This document shows, piece by piece, positions 28,803 to 44,270 of a DNA stretch of 64,000 nucleotides (position 1 is its first letter; each line of letters begins with the position of its first letter). The notes below the pieces were generated by a model. The model was not told the origin of the DNA, did no database searches, and saw only the letters and a list, made by a program, of their open reading frames with translations. The translations under genes were made by a program, and so were the position numbers. Origin of the DNA: Eledone cirrhosa (taxonomy: Eukaryota); contig OZ024750.1 of the NCBI GenBank assembly GCA_964016885.1, positions 5,704,001-5,768,000 on the forward strand, written 5' to 3'.

Positions 28803-28970
28803 AAGAAAGTAATTTCTTTTAAATGTCCCACACGGGTAAAAATATAAGGAAAAGAATTCGAAAATGTAACTGGGGTCTTTTAAGAATACTTATTTACTTT
28901 ACCGGTTTCACAGTTCTTATGATTATCAAAAGTTAAATTGAGATGAAGGGTTTGTATTTCTGTTGTGGTG
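28803..28970 (-). mobile_element. TA-associated element, family C
   Basis: TCGAAAATGTAACTGGGGTCTTTTAAGAATA is shared with 50237-50422 and, reversed, with 52463-52603. Confidence 0.7.
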
Positions 28971-28978
28971 TGCTCGAT

Positions 28979-29034
<56 letters not shown>

Positions 29035-30689
29035 AATTAAAAGGTTTCTATCACTCAATTACACTTAGAATGCTTCTGGGGTCAATCAAGGGCTATAGTA
29101 AAAAAATACTTGCCGAAGATACCAAGCTGTGGGATCGATCATGGACCTGCTGATTCTGAAGCAATGTTTATAATGTAATTATATACAAACATGAAGACAT
29201 TAACAATTATACATACACACAGACTCAAACAAGCACGTGTGTACATAAATAAATAAGGATAAACTGAACAACAACAATAACAATAATATTACACATAAAT
29301 TATTCCGTTAAACTACTTGTATGGTAAACGTATTTATCTTGTGTTGGAGCCGCAGTCTAGAAGAAAGTAATTGAAGATTTATTGCAGTTATCAACATCTG
29401 CAATGCAACATTCTCGAGAAGGCTTGCACAACGTGCAACGTGTGAATGGATTTGGAAATGACGTCTATTTGTTTGTATTTATTAGAACACTGAAGAGTTA
29501 CTCATAATAAATGAATGGAAAAGTGGGAAAGGCGTTTCATACATATAGATGCAGATCGATATTCAATACCACACACGTTTCATTCGCTTCATATTCATGA
29601 TTTATAATAGATTAAAAAAAAATCTTAGAAAAAAAAATCTTCTAGAAAGGGTTTATCGTAGATCGATTCCATCATGTTACTCAACTTTCAAATAGATGGT
29701 ACTGGTGATTATTTGCGATTTATGTGGAATGGAATAAAATGGACCCGCAATGAAATGGACCTGCGTCAGTTTCGACGATGAACGTTCCAGTTGTTCAATC
29801 AATAATCCTGTAATATTGATATTACTGACAACGAAAGACCTCTAGCGCAATGTGGTAAACATCTTATGTTAAATATAAAAATCTTAAGATTATTATTTAC
29901 ACCATGTTATATCATAGCTTCTGAATTTACAACAAAACATTTTCAATTAACACTTATGATAATGAACTGAAATTAACTAAGAATAAGCCTTCAGAACCTA
30001 TCATCCTCGTCTCTTAACCCTTCGTTTTCTTCATTTATAGATATACTTATCAATGTACCTTCTCAAATACCAATTTCATTGACAGTAATGGCTTAAAAGA
30101 CAAACTGGATGCTGGAAGGACATGAAATACACATTTAATATGTTTATGTTAAAATATATATAATTTATGAAAAGAGTTCGTAGTTTTTCTGTTATTTGCA
30201 TCTGCTTATTTGCATCTGCTTTTCTATTTTATATACAATAAGATGAACAGACTATCTAACCGTTCTTCTTTCCTGTAACGAAGCTAGTTTCGTCGCCATC
30301 TTCGTGTTCTACCAAACAACGTTTTGATTTTGTTTGCAGCACATGGGAATTAAACATTCTCCTTTGATGACTGAAATAATTCTTCACAATTGTTAACAAC
30401 ACGCAGATCAAGTTTAGGTGCTATGCTTATAACGTATATATACAAATTCCCTTTGTACTGCAAGTAAAATAAACTTTTATCGCAAGTATTTCAGAAGTGC
30501 CTTGGGAGATGTTAATCTCCAACGTTCTTTAAATTGCAGCAAATCAGAAACTTAAATTTTTACTTCTAGACATACTTAAAGCAGTGTATAAATAATGAAA
30601 TCCCATTGGTTTCTACAAGCATTGAGATAAAGAGTGGCATAAGCAAAAAGGTAATTTTACTTTACATCAGAGGAGGTGGGGGACTGTGT

Positions 30690-30872
30690 AGTCACACGAC
30701 CTGCTAGAGATAGCAGCCAAAACCTCTCTTAAAATATCTTGCTGTCTGAAAAATAGAAACGAAGTAATACATATTGTATACCTTAAGCAATATAAAAGAT
30801 ATATGCAGGATGGTCAAGGGTGGAAGGCTTTTATCTGTTTAAAGAAGGCTGATCCGGAAATAAACAACAACA
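30690..30872 (+). mobile_element. interspersed repeat family 4
   Basis: ACCTGCTAGAGATAGCAGCCAAA...GGATGGTCAAGGGTGGAA...GGCTGATCC...TAAACAACAAC, similar to 6945-7102. Confidence 0.55.
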
Positions 30873-31814
30873 ATAACTGTGTATATAACTCTCTTATTGA
30901 TCGCCTTGATACATTTCTGATCCTCAATCCATAAGAATTTATATTTGCCGCATTACAGAATTTTTTTATTTGATTAGTACATTGCAACAAACATTTAAAA
31001 ACATTTTAAATTGAAAACATTATAAAATTAGCAACAGTTGGCCTTCATTTTCATTATATGCAGCTTTTATTTCTTCTGTTTTTGTTTTTACTTTTCTCCT
31101 CTTATTTTTCTCACTAAAAATGTCGCCTGTGTATTTTTCTAAAGAATAGGCGAGCAAATAAGACGATATTCTGGAATAAACACAATCAATCAATGAAATC
31201 AAATGTAAACAGAAATCTTAAGAAGAATTTTATGGATTATTTCTGGAAGTTAATGGAAAAATCTGTAGATTATATTTTCCAAATTGAAAACCTCATCTTG
31301 TTATACTTATTATGTTCAACGTATATAATTATAAAAAACAAAAAGAATGGCTCCGATCTTATTAGTAAAAAGCGCAGAAGGTCTTACTAGTGAAATAAAT
31401 TCCTTTGTTCACTGGAAATCTCTTAATGGTTTTCGAGCAAGTTGCTTCTGGCTTGTGATGTTTATAGATTTTATTTGACGAGTAGCCATATAGCTATGGA
31501 ACAGTGTAATTTAAGAAATATAATGTTTGTTCAAATATATTACTTTTAGTTATTGCAAGAAAGAATGTTTGTTACATTTTGATTAACACCATGCAATTTC
31601 TCGCCAGAAAACACCAATAGAACATTACTTATTCTGTATTTGATATGATACTGCACTTTTCTAGTCTTCTCATATTTCAGGAATAATATTATAGCTTTAT
31701 TTATTCATATATTTCGAATTAGGAAATATTATATGCTCATTCCTGTTTCGCTGAGAATACAGTTTGTGTCGTTTTATGATTTTGCTATAAATAATAAAAG
31801 AGAAAGGAACCGAA

Positions 31815-32174
31815 CGTCAGCTGGGACCAATGAAACAATGTTTCCATTGGTCTTTTCATTGTTGATATTATCTGCCGGTCGTAACCCCTGAGAGATGGAA
31901 AAACTTGAGATAAAATATTTTGTTCAAAAACACACAAACCTTCCCAAGAATATAGCCCATGACCTTTTATATGCGCGTGGCTTAGTGGTTAGGGTATTAG
32001 TCGCACAATCACATGATCATGGTTTCGATTCCTGGACCGGGTGTTGCATTGTGTTCTTAAGTAAAATACTTTATTTCGTGATATAAACTCTACGAGCAGT
32101 TGTAACCAGCAAATAATATCTGTAATGGAAACATCAATGGACACATTGTTTCGGTAATCCCATCTGACGATCCA
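31815..32174. mobile_element. divergent pair of SINE family 2 copies (31815-31945 minus; 31973-32174 plus)
   Basis: The plus copy has TGGCTTAGTGG and TTCGATTCC boxes. GAAACAATGTTTCCATTG and CAATGGACACATTGTTTC are mutually inverted. Confidence 0.7.
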
Positions 32175-33255
32175 TTCTTTTCCTTTTCCCTTTTCCTTAT
32201 AGATAATCGGGTTCTGCTATTGTCGAGTCCCGATCGAGTAATTTTAAATATTTAAACATTCTGATAATATTTTAGAGTAGTGATACAATATGATAAGCCG
32301 TTCAATCCGTTACAATCCTGCCTGTTTTCACCTCAGTGTACCTAGAACTACATAAGCCAATGTCTTGTTCTTCCCCCCAGAAATATTAGGATGTTATTTG
32401 AAGAAGATTTGGCTGCTATTTAAAGCAGATCGAGTATTCACACAGGAGCTGTCGTGCAGATAATAAGTTAGGTGAACGCGTTTGCAGTAATCTTACCTGT
32501 GTGCTCAACAGAGTTTGATTTTAAATAAATCAATTTTTTGGTTTTCATACCAACCATAGTTTTCCAATATAAACCGGGAAAACTATCTTTCGCAGTAGCG
32601 TGTTATCAACAGACGTTTACTTATATGTTCAGAAACTACGTAAAAGATGCAAGGAGATATATATAACACTTCCGGATACAATAGATAAGAACATTTCCGA
32701 TTATATGTTGCATTTTACTTCAAATGATTTTGAACTGTAATCTCAAGTAAACTTGTCGTTTGAGAAACTACATGGAAAATGTGTATGGTCTTCTTCAAAA
32801 GTAGAAACAGATTCGACCGAGTGTTAATTCCATTAAATCTTTTGAAGAACTATGTAAGATCAAAGACCGAACCCTGTTTAGTTATATGGAGCTGTATTCC
32901 AATATTTCTATTGAAGGCATTTATCAAATGCTAGGAAATGGTGTTATACGTCTGTCTTTCTATGAAATCATTTCAAAGTGCAGCCTCCAACTATCATTCA
33001 AACGTCTTTGTACAACAATTACTAATATTAAAAGCAATAAAATACACAGATCCAGGACTTCCGTCCAATATAAATGAGTCATGTGAAGGCTAAACATCCT
33101 TTTCCATATCAGTTTCTTTAAGTAAATCTCTTCTTTTCAGAATAAAATTCATTTCTGTTTCATTGACGATCAATAATCTCAATTTTAGAGGAGATTATCC
33201 CTTCTAGCTAAAGAATAACAACCATTGATATACTATTTTTATTTAATGATAATAA

Positions 33256-33457
33256 TAATGGTTTATGATTTCGGCACAAGGTCAGCAATTTTGGGGGAAG
33301 AAGAAAGTCGATAAAATCGACCTCAGTGCATTATTGGTATTTTAAGTATAAAAGGAAAAACTAACCTCAGCAGGATTTGAACTCAGAACGGAAAGTGTCG
33401 TAACTATGCCTTAAAGCATATTGTCTGACGCTCTACTGATTCTGCCAATCCACCGCC
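33256..33457 (-). mobile_element. SINE family 1, long form, diverged
   Basis: Consensus match ending GCCAATCCACCGCC. Confidence 0.85.
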
Positions 33458-33458
33458 T

Positions 33459-33491
<33 letters not shown>

Positions 33492-33544
33492 ATACTTCAT
33501 ATCTAGCTACAGGTGTTGTTGAACTGCTATCGTTCCCGACGACG

Positions 33545-33814
33545 AGTTTATTAATCAACCGAACAGACAGCTCGTAAATTAATATGTAGATAGCTGTGCA
33601 TTCAACAGACACGTGTACTCCCAATTTCGATCACAGAGAAATTCAGTGTGACAAGACTAGTTCATTTTGTCTTATGTTTGCTAGTTGTTTGAGAGAATTG
33701 GAGCAATATGAAATGTAATGTCTGTCTCAAGGACACAATACACTGCCGGGAATCCAACACATAACCTTACTATCGTGATCCAAATAACATAACCTTTAAG
33801 CCACGTGACTTCAC
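33545..33814 (-). mobile_element. SINE family 2, diverged
   Basis: Reverse strand reads GTGAAGTCACGTGGCTTAAAGG...TTGTGTCCTTGAG. The 3' boundary is uncertain. Confidence 0.65.
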
Positions 33815-34870
33815 AGTATTGTGTCTAATTAAAACAAATGGATACAATTTTACTAAAAATTGACCCAGATTTCTTTTCTGTGAGTTTAATAATTCTATCA
33901 AAAACAATTAGGACAATTAACAAGAATACAGTTAAACTTCCAACTAACGTCTAATGACTTGGACGAATTGTAATAGAAACAGCTACAATCTTAATGAAAC
34001 CTTGAGGGTAATAACTTTAAAGCTTTGCTTTGCAATAAAAAGATATGCATCTAATAGTTTAAAATTCAATTCCACTCTTCCGAATATCTGAACAATTTTT
34101 AGATTGGGTTACTACATCTGATTTGTTATTGAGCAAAAACACAACAAAAATAAAAAAAAACTTAAAAATCAAAACAAGCGAAAACATGAAGAATTGAGAC
34201 TGGTGAAATATATTTCGGTTGATGTCAGTGGGAACTAATCGTTTTGTTTTATCTTTGGTCTTCATTTTCTAGTTCTTTTCTTTTCTGTTACAGAGTTACA
34301 GACCACGATGGGTGGTCTGTTAGAGGTTTACTTTGTTTAAACATAAACTATACATAACAAACAGCCCTCACACATAAACACACAGACATAAACACCCATA
34401 CGTATATGTGATGCTTAGTCAGTCAATAGTTTTATAGTCATACACCGTTACTAGTAGACATAGAATCCAAATAATTGGTCTTTTTTCTCCCCACTTTCCT
34501 TTCTTTTTTGTCTGACTTAGCATTGCAAGAACATACACTTTATTGCTAAAGATTGGACATAACTTGGTGTCTGAAGCTAAACGAAAATGTCATTTATATT
34601 AGTCAAGATTCGATTGGACTAATTGCAGATTTCATCTTTTTTTCTATATGAATTCATTTCTGCTATAAAATTGCTACATTAATTATATTTTGATTGATAA
34701 TGTCTTGTTGATGTTTTTTGTTCTTCTGGGAAGTTTTCGTAATTCTAATTAGTTTGATATGTCTACGAATTTAATAAAACATTTCCCCTGTTCCTTGAAT
34801 TACAAACAGGAAATTTCTTATGAGTGTTTTTTTTCTCAGTTCGTTTTATGTACACCCTATCTCTTTTAAT

Positions 34871-34989
34871 GCTTTGAGGTATTTGTTTCAGATTTCTGCT
34901 TTCTGAGTTCAAATCCCACCGAGGTCAACTTTGCCTTTCATCCATTCATGATCAATAAAAAAAGTATCAGTCAAGTACTGGAGTCGATT
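34871..34989 (+). mobile_element. SINE family 1-related fragment
   Basis: TTCTGAGTTCAAATCCCACCGAGGTCAACTTTGCCTTTCATCC. Confidence 0.8.
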
Positions 34990-36116
34990 CTTCCTCTATA
35001 TCTCTTTCTCACTTCCTCTCTGTCACACACTCTCTCTACCATTCTCTGAAAAGTGGAGGTTGTAGTGTTCATGTATTTTCGAAGCCCACTAAGGATAAAT
35101 AGATTTAACCTGAAATAAAAGAAAATCACATTATATATCCTTTGATAAACAACCTCTTATTATGGTGTTGCTTTATCCGTACTTAAAATGTCAGTTTGGG
35201 CTCTTAGTTTCTTAAGAGCAAAATCTTTATTTACTATGTGTTTTAATCTAAAGCAAATTCTTTTCCGAATCACAAGATGCATAAGTCCAGTTTCTGTGGT
35301 GTTATGTAAATGAGAAATAAATTTCTCCTGAAAATGACGTTATCAAGCTATACGTCTGAAGTTCACAGCTATGCTGCATATTATGAAGAATTAATATTAA
35401 CTCACAGTTAGGTGTTCACAGCCGTCGGCAGATAAACATTTTAGTCGCAGAAACAATTACCTCTATTATGTATGATAATAGTTTATTGATTGTATTACAA
35501 AAGATATTACTTCGAGTCTTTTCTATAAACTATGTTTCTGCCAAGGAAAATATTTATTTCTTATTTACCAAATCTCGAAACTCATAAAATAAGTTGATAA
35601 GTAGCTTTCAAAGCAAATCTGGGTCACTTCTCTGAGTGGCACAATTTTTCTAAAAGCAAGATGTGGTGGTGGTTTGAAGTAGCATTATTTATAAATTTCT
35701 TTGAGACTCACAAATCACATGTAGATTAATTTTTTAAGCTTTCTTATTTAGTTGATGGGTTTCTCCTGTAATCGTTAAATTGCAGATAAACAAATCTATT
35801 CTTTCAGTTGATGTTCGTTCGCTGTTGATTAAACATTTTCTATTTTTAGTTTTCTTAAATTAAGATTAGTCAAGAAAATATATATCATTCACAAAAGGTT
35901 AATTTTAACTTTTAACAAGCATCATTGCAATACGAGCCAACATTGGAGTCTCTACATCAGCGGCCCCCAAATTGATGCTTTTGTCGGCTAGAAATAACAG
36001 CCAAATCTCCCCCAAACAATGCTGTAACGTCTTAAATAAAAAAAAGAGCATATAGGAAAAAGTTTTGTAAGTAACATTATTTAAATGAAAACTGTGCACA
36101 TATACATATCAGTGAA

Positions 36117-36178
<62 letters not shown>

Positions 36179-36357
36179 TATATTGTTATATTTGGGGAGG
36201 GTCATATTGTTATAATATTGCCAGAAATAATAATAAAACACACTCACTGTTTGGTTTGGATTGGTTTTCGCTTCTGTATCTTTTATATCTCAATAGTTAA
36301 TTTATTTGGCAATCATTGTTTATCATTGATTGACCAACGGTTAAAAATACAGATATA

Positions 36358-36393
<36 letters not shown>

Positions 36394-36489
36394 GTCTATC
36401 AAAGTTCTTTCGTCACACATCTGTGACATCAACAGTAGTACTATTATGTTTCCTATTATGTATGTAAATGTATATATATATATATACAT

Positions 36490-36585
36490 GACCCCGTAAG
36501 GATGATAGACAAAGCTAACCTCGGCGGGATTTGAACTCGTGAAGCATATTATCCGACACTCTACCGATTACTACCAATCCATCGC
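36490..36585 (-). mobile_element. SINE family 1 fragment
   Basis: Core, B box and head with an internal deletion. Confidence 0.8.
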
Positions 36586-36834
36586 AGTAATTATGATCAA
36601 AATATTAACCAATAGTTCTAGAATTATTTTATCTTTAACTTATTCACCTCATGATTCAGTTATATTTATTTAAATTCCCATGAAGGATTACTCCCCTTGT
36701 CGCCATATAAACTACCACTACCTCGGTTTTCCATCGTCTGCTATCCCACTCAGTCAACTTGGAGTTGAATATCTCGACTATTCTTCAGCTATATTAATTG
36801 TCTGTTTATTTATTCATTTATTCATTCACTTAAT

Positions 36835-36936
36835 TACTGATTTAATCATTTAATTTCGAGATTATTATTCAACTCCTACATCGATACTGATTTAATCATT
36901 TAATTTCGAGATTATTATTCAACTCCTACATCGATA
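36835..36936. repeat. 50-bp tandem duplication
   Basis: TACTGATTTAATCATTTAATTTCGAGATTATTATTCAACTCCTACATCGA occurs twice. Confidence 0.9.
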
Positions 36937-36956
36937 ATTGTATTTCTCTCTCTCTC

Positions 36957-37037
<81 letters not shown>

Positions 37038-38864
37038 AAATACATATATATTTATTTCTACATATACATACATATTTATCCATTTATCTATCTGTCTATC
37101 TATCTCTAGATATATATCTATCAAATTGTTTCTTTTCTTTTCCTTTTCCTTTCTCCCTCTCTTCGCAATTACGGCCAGCCCACCTGTCATACTAGTCCTA
37201 CAACTGGCTTCCACCTTTTCCTATCCAAACCCTATCTGATCACGAGTAAATATATAACTAAGAACAGTCTTATAAGTTTCATTCTTATTAATTATTTTTG
37301 TTTTCAAATTTCTTTTACAAAGAAGAGAAATTTTACTGTGAAATCTATCAATGATTAAGACTTACCTTTTTTATTTTCACTTAAAATTTATTTAAATTTT
37401 CTTATGTTTCTGCTGCAACATTCATTCCTCTAATATTCATATACGGTTGTTGTTTTCGCTTCATGGTGCTTCATCGGTACGAATTAATTAGGGTTCGTTA
37501 AATCCCTATTCAAATGATTAAATTTATTCAGGCGTGAAGGAAGTGGAAACTGTACTGTAGGTAAAATACCTGCTACACATATTTGATAATGAAGTAATAT
37601 GGTTCTTAATTCGTTTAATATTAAGAAGAAAAGAAATGAAGAAAGTAATATATAGTTTTAAATTCTCTAAAATAATTCAAATATATATTCTCATGTTCAT
37701 AGTCCCTTCTCAATTATTCTGGGTTCTATGTTGAATATTTTAATACAAGGCATTCTGTGTGCAATGCAAAAATCACATGTTTCTTTCAGATCTGCTTCCT
37801 CGATTTACAATGGTGATATTTATCTGTCTTTCACACACAGTCTCTCTCTCTCTCATCATATGAAAATAATAGTTTCGGTTTACAAACATTTCGGGTGACG
37901 AACGGCCTTCAGGAACGAATTAAGTTCGTGAATCGAGATTCCATTGTATTATATTGATAGTCATAAATCACCATTTACAGCCAAGCTATTAATATTGTTT
38001 GTTACGCCGGATTGTTTGGATTAAGTACTTTTTTCTCACCTTCTTGACGTTTGTGTGAAACTCCTTAAAAATATTTTCAGAATAGAATTACAAATGAAAA
38101 TGCAGTAAAATATATTTGTTGGAAAGACGGGGAAAATTTGCTCCATCGGTATATATATCTTAATAGATGTAGTTTTATTTTTCGCAAACACTAAAACGAG
38201 TATTTTCAGATAGTATTGTAAAGCCGTATAGCATTCGACTTTGATTGGTTTTAGATTTAGTAGTACGATCATAACATTTGGCTATATTTTAACATTCTTA
38301 TTATCGATTTCTCAAATAACTTCATGCTATCTTTAGGCTGCTATTTGAAATTATAAATTGGCAGTTCAGTCAGAAATAGTTCTGTGTTTAGTTTTTACAA
38401 ACTGTAAGTTTCCATTGGAATAAACATCAAATACTATCAAAGATATCATTAATAATAGTTTAATCTAACGAAGCAGGTAGCCGAATAAACGTTTGAATAG
38501 CTTTACTCAACATCACGATGCTATTGTGAACAATCTTTTAAAAGATTCCGAATTATTGACATAAAAATTCGTCTTCTTCTTATCGAGTCGCTGCATCCCA
38601 CCCATACAGTGCTACGTACAGAACCTTGCCTGGGGTGTTAAGTTTTCAAGATTGTTAAGTGTGCGGAATCTTCAAATTAAGGCATACTAGAAGGTGGTCC
38701 ATAGTTTGTAATTGCCCACATTGGCAGTTGGAATCATCATTGGTGGCATATCCCTATTTCTGAAGGTTGGTTCTATAGCGACCAACAGCTGTTCGGAGGT
38801 GATTAAACCAGGAAGAGAAGGGCCAGGCATCACTGGAGCCAGTGGAGAGGGATTCTGAAGGGCT

Positions 38865-38906
<42 letters not shown>

Positions 38907-38925
38907 GAGAGAGCCTGTGTTCCAC

Positions 38926-38994
<69 letters not shown>

Positions 38995-38996
<2 letters not shown>

Positions 38997-39194
38997 CGAA
39001 GGAAGTTTTGGTAAGGAACCAGATGGACCATAATACACCAGAGTACTCAATACTTAGGGTAGTAGAGGGGGCAATAGGAAAGTGTTTAACACCGACAGCA
39101 GAGCTCAAGCCGTTTCGATGGGTATTTCTGGACTGAGTCCAGAAATAGCCGTCGAAACGGCTTGAGCTCTGCTATAGGGATTAAACACTTTCCC
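38995..39194 (-). mobile_element. TA-flanked foldback element, family A
   Basis: Family end plus an imperfect inverted repeat at about 39074-39196, centred on TATTTCTGGACT-G-AGTCCAGAAATA. Confidence 0.85.
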
Positions 39195-39475
39195 ATATAT
39201 ATATATATATCTACATATGTAGAAGAGAGGCCTAGGTATCTGTAAGGAAGAACCATTCTTTTCAAATCAAAATATAAATGACGGTGTAATAGAGTTTATT
39301 TTTCAGCTTTAGTTAGTGAAGCGCAAGAGTAAGAATATGGTAAACTATATATCTGTGTAGAAGAAGGGCTGAGTAAGATCGTATGTCAATGTACAACAAC
39401 ATATAGTGTTTGTATTCGTGTAATATTAATGTATCATACGTTAGCATGGTTATCTGGTTGTATATATATATATTT

Positions 39476-39509
<34 letters not shown>

Positions 39510-39669
39510 GTAAATATATATATGTAAGTATATATATATATATATATGTAAGTATATATATATATATGTGTAAGTATATATATATATATGTAGTATATAT
39601 ATATATATATATGTATGTATATATATATATATATATATATGTAAGTATATATATATATATATATGTAAG

Positions 39670-39701
<32 letters not shown>

Positions 39702-39703
39702 AG

Positions 39704-39735
<32 letters not shown>

Positions 39736-39736
39736 A

Positions 39737-39773
<37 letters not shown>

Positions 39774-40684
39774 AAACACTCACTACACACTGACCTATCA
39801 CGACACACACACACACGCTAAGCTATATACTATATACTATAAGTATATATATCTATAACTATCTCTATATGAAGCTACTCACACTATCACTCACTAATAC
39901 GATCTCTATACTATAAACTCAATACTACACGACTGACAAAACTCTATACGTACTACACACTACTACACTATCTATCTATCTATATATACAATCTATCTAC
40001 GTACTATCGAACCACTGCCACACCTCCCCCTCTTCCTGACACGCCCTGCTACACAAACAATATTGTTGTGGAAACTTTATCAACTGATGTTAAGCACTCT
40101 CACCAATGTTTTTACTACGCATGAGTAACAAAAAACATCATTATATTTACATAGACAATACATTAGATCTACTACCTTGATGATGATGATGATGATAGCA
40201 ATAACATTAATAATAATAATGGTTAAAATACTTGTTATTTTACTATATATTTCATTTGGTAAATTATTTTGCAGAAATTCTCTCGAACCCCGAACATGAT
40301 ATGTATATCCGCTTTGACTCTTTCTTAAAGCATTTTTCCAATTTGGATTCTGAAACCTGACAGAGAAAATCTGTTTGGTTTATGTAAACGGAAGAAACTT
40401 ATAACAATTAATGGTAAATTAATGGCACTAACACAGCATCGTCAAAAGTCTGCTTTATCTTCAAGAAAAGACAATATTTCAGTTCTTGAACAACTGATAG
40501 TTTTACTGATAGCATATACGCCTGCTGGTGTATTTTAGACACAGGCCCATACCCACATTTTACATACATTCTCAGCACCCCAAATCAGTCCGTTTGGCAA
40601 CCCCTCAATCATCAAAATTCCTCACGATACACCGTCTCTCTCTCTCTCTCTCTTTCTCTCTCTGTTTCTATTATGAGTACGACT

Positions 40685-40880
40685 ATAAGGGCGGTGGATT
40701 GGCAGTATCGGTAGAGGGCTGGACGCCATGCTTTGCAGCAGAGTTACGGCTCTTTATGATCTGAGTTCAAATCCCGCCGAGGTTAACTTTGCCTTTCATC
40801 CTTACGGGGTCGATAAAATAAAGTACCAGTAATGCACTGGGGTCGATTTTATCGACTTTCCCCTCCCCACAGTAGAAATC
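40685..40880 (+). mobile_element. SINE family 1 with alternative tail deletion
   Basis: Perfect 15-bp TSD ATTATGAGTACGACT (40670-40684 and 40881-40895). Confidence 0.93.
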
Positions 40881-41437
40881 ATTATGAGTACGACTGGGGA
40901 AGCTATTCTTTTGAATCTCTCAAATTAATGCAGTCTCTCCGTAAACACGCCTCTCCTTACATGCCACTCCTTATAACTATCCACCCGTCACGAAAACACG
41001 TGAAACTATATTGAATATATTGCCTACAGTTAGTTGCTTAGCACTACGTCTATTTGCCAAGAATCCTTTCGCTACAACATTGACTAACCACACACTTCTA
41101 GCAGTGTAAACTCTATATTAATCTTTACAGTATTACCTAATTAACACTTTCTTCATATCCTAGATAGAATTTAAAGGCCTTGGCTGTTGCCACTCTACCT
41201 CTGACTAATGCACAGCAGAAGCATATGGTAGTAACATTGTAATGGAATATTACAAAATACGCCTAATTCCCACCTATTGACATATGAGCTCCGTGTGTTC
41301 AAACTGCCTGTATATATGTATATATGTATATGTATATATATACATATATATGTATATATGTATATGTATATATATACATATATATGTATATATGTATATG
41401 TATATATTTTAGTAAGTGAGTTAATTTTATAATTTTC

Positions 41438-42530
<1,093 letters not shown>

Positions 42531-43958
42531 TATGAAGGATAAAGAAAACGGATAGAAATTTCAGATTTGGCGAAGTTTCGTCTGCGAATGAGTCATGTTT
42601 ATTTAATAAATTGAAATATAGTTTAAGTAGCGAGGTGTAGGAAATATATTCGCTATAATCTCGTCTGCTCACAAATATTCACTCCATGAGATAGTGTTTA
42701 AAGGTATAAGCGAGCTTATTTCTTTCAGTGTGCTAACAAAATATATATTTGTAATGGAGCGCTCGTACATGGTTTTGTCCCGGACCCCAGGGTTTCTATA
42801 AGTACAGACTGCACAAAAAATGTAATTTGTAATTTGTCAATTACATTGCCAGCAAAGGCAGCATTGGTGCATCTATGCATGTCATTTCTGCATTGTTTCA
42901 TCAGCGGATATAACTAAAATAGCGGGAGATGTGAAGTAGTCTGTCCAGTCTGTACCTTGAAAAATTACTACTACAATAGCTATGGCTGTTGGCAGCATGT
43001 AGTGAGGTCACGCATGAAATAACTACTTGTTGTTCGGCTAGGGACTGTACTGGCGGCAGGAGATATATTTTGAATTGAAGGAGATATATTTTGAATTGAA
43101 ATATATTTAGTTTTCGATTGAAGTCATTTCACTTCTCTTAATATTGATTTCGAGAAAATAAGCTCTTGAATTTATCTTTTATCTACAATAAAGTTTTTAG
43201 TTCTCGTGGTTAAACAACAAATTTGAACTAGATAGTTGTTTAAGAAATTCATCTATGCACAATAGATGCGTTAACATTGATCTGAAGGCGTTGAAGTCTT
43301 TATAACATCTCAAACCAGAGGACAAAACAAATAAGGAATATAAACAATTCCTATTTATTAATAATCATGTATATGCTATATTTTCAGGTTTAGTATATAA
43401 CGATATTTAGGCGATTTATAACTTAATTATGAGTAAGTTATCGTTTACTGGAGCATAGTAACTAGTAATGAGATTTTGTAAAACCAAAGCCAGAAGCAAG
43501 GTCGCTATATCCATGGCAAATATTTTTCTTATATTAGATAAGACCTTAAAAAATATATTAAAAGTAAAAAAGATAATCTCTAGTGTACAGCAGATGATAA
43601 TTTAAAAACACCATGTTTACTATCCCACATTAGGTAGGATAATTAATTTCCTACATAGAAATAAGGCTTCGGATTACAAAGGGATTTTTAAAAAATCAAG
43701 GTTCTACATGGGTTATATTTGTTTCAAGAGCGGTGTTAAATAAGTGAAGTGACTAGAAACATGTTGTGGACTCTACTGGAAGCTTGTTTCCACCCTCCAG
43801 CATTCGTATATGAAATGGAATATATATATATACAAGTTAATTTTAGGTTTAATCAATACATATAAAATATATATCGATAATGTCTCTCAGTAAAAAACTA
43901 GTTTGTTTCTCAACTGGTATATCCACGTATATATCGTTTAAAAAAAAATATATATATA

Positions 43959-44067
<109 letters not shown>

Positions 44068-44216
44068 AAATATAGCTACAAATCTCTTTTTATCTTGTTT
44101 ACTTTTCCCATATCCAAATAAAGATCCATCTGATGAGCAATATCAGACGTTTCTGTTAGAATCGTCTAACTTCGTGAAACCTTGGGTAATGGAAATAATT
44201 ATATTGTGTTGATTAT

Positions 44217-44270
<54 letters not shown>

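Noticed and set aside
29660-29781. Short plus-strand open frame IDSIMLLNFQIDGTGDYLRFMWNGIKW...
   Set aside because: No recognisable family and no linked exons.
31020-33077. Possible Helitron-like (LIDCVYS) and hAT-like (ELYSNISI) peptide remnants
   Set aside because: The similarity covers only a few residues and diagnostic motifs are missing.
39770-40020. Scrambled CTA/CAC-rich stretch
   Set aside because: It looks like an error-rich consensus or decayed microsatellite, with no consistent unit.
42870-42910. CTGATGA...GAAA on the minus strand (also CTGATGA at 44130 and 63281)
   Set aside because: No supporting helix I or II; treated as chance matches.
43388-43438. TTTTCAG...GTAAGT exon-like segment
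   Set aside because: It has stops in all three frames and no other support.
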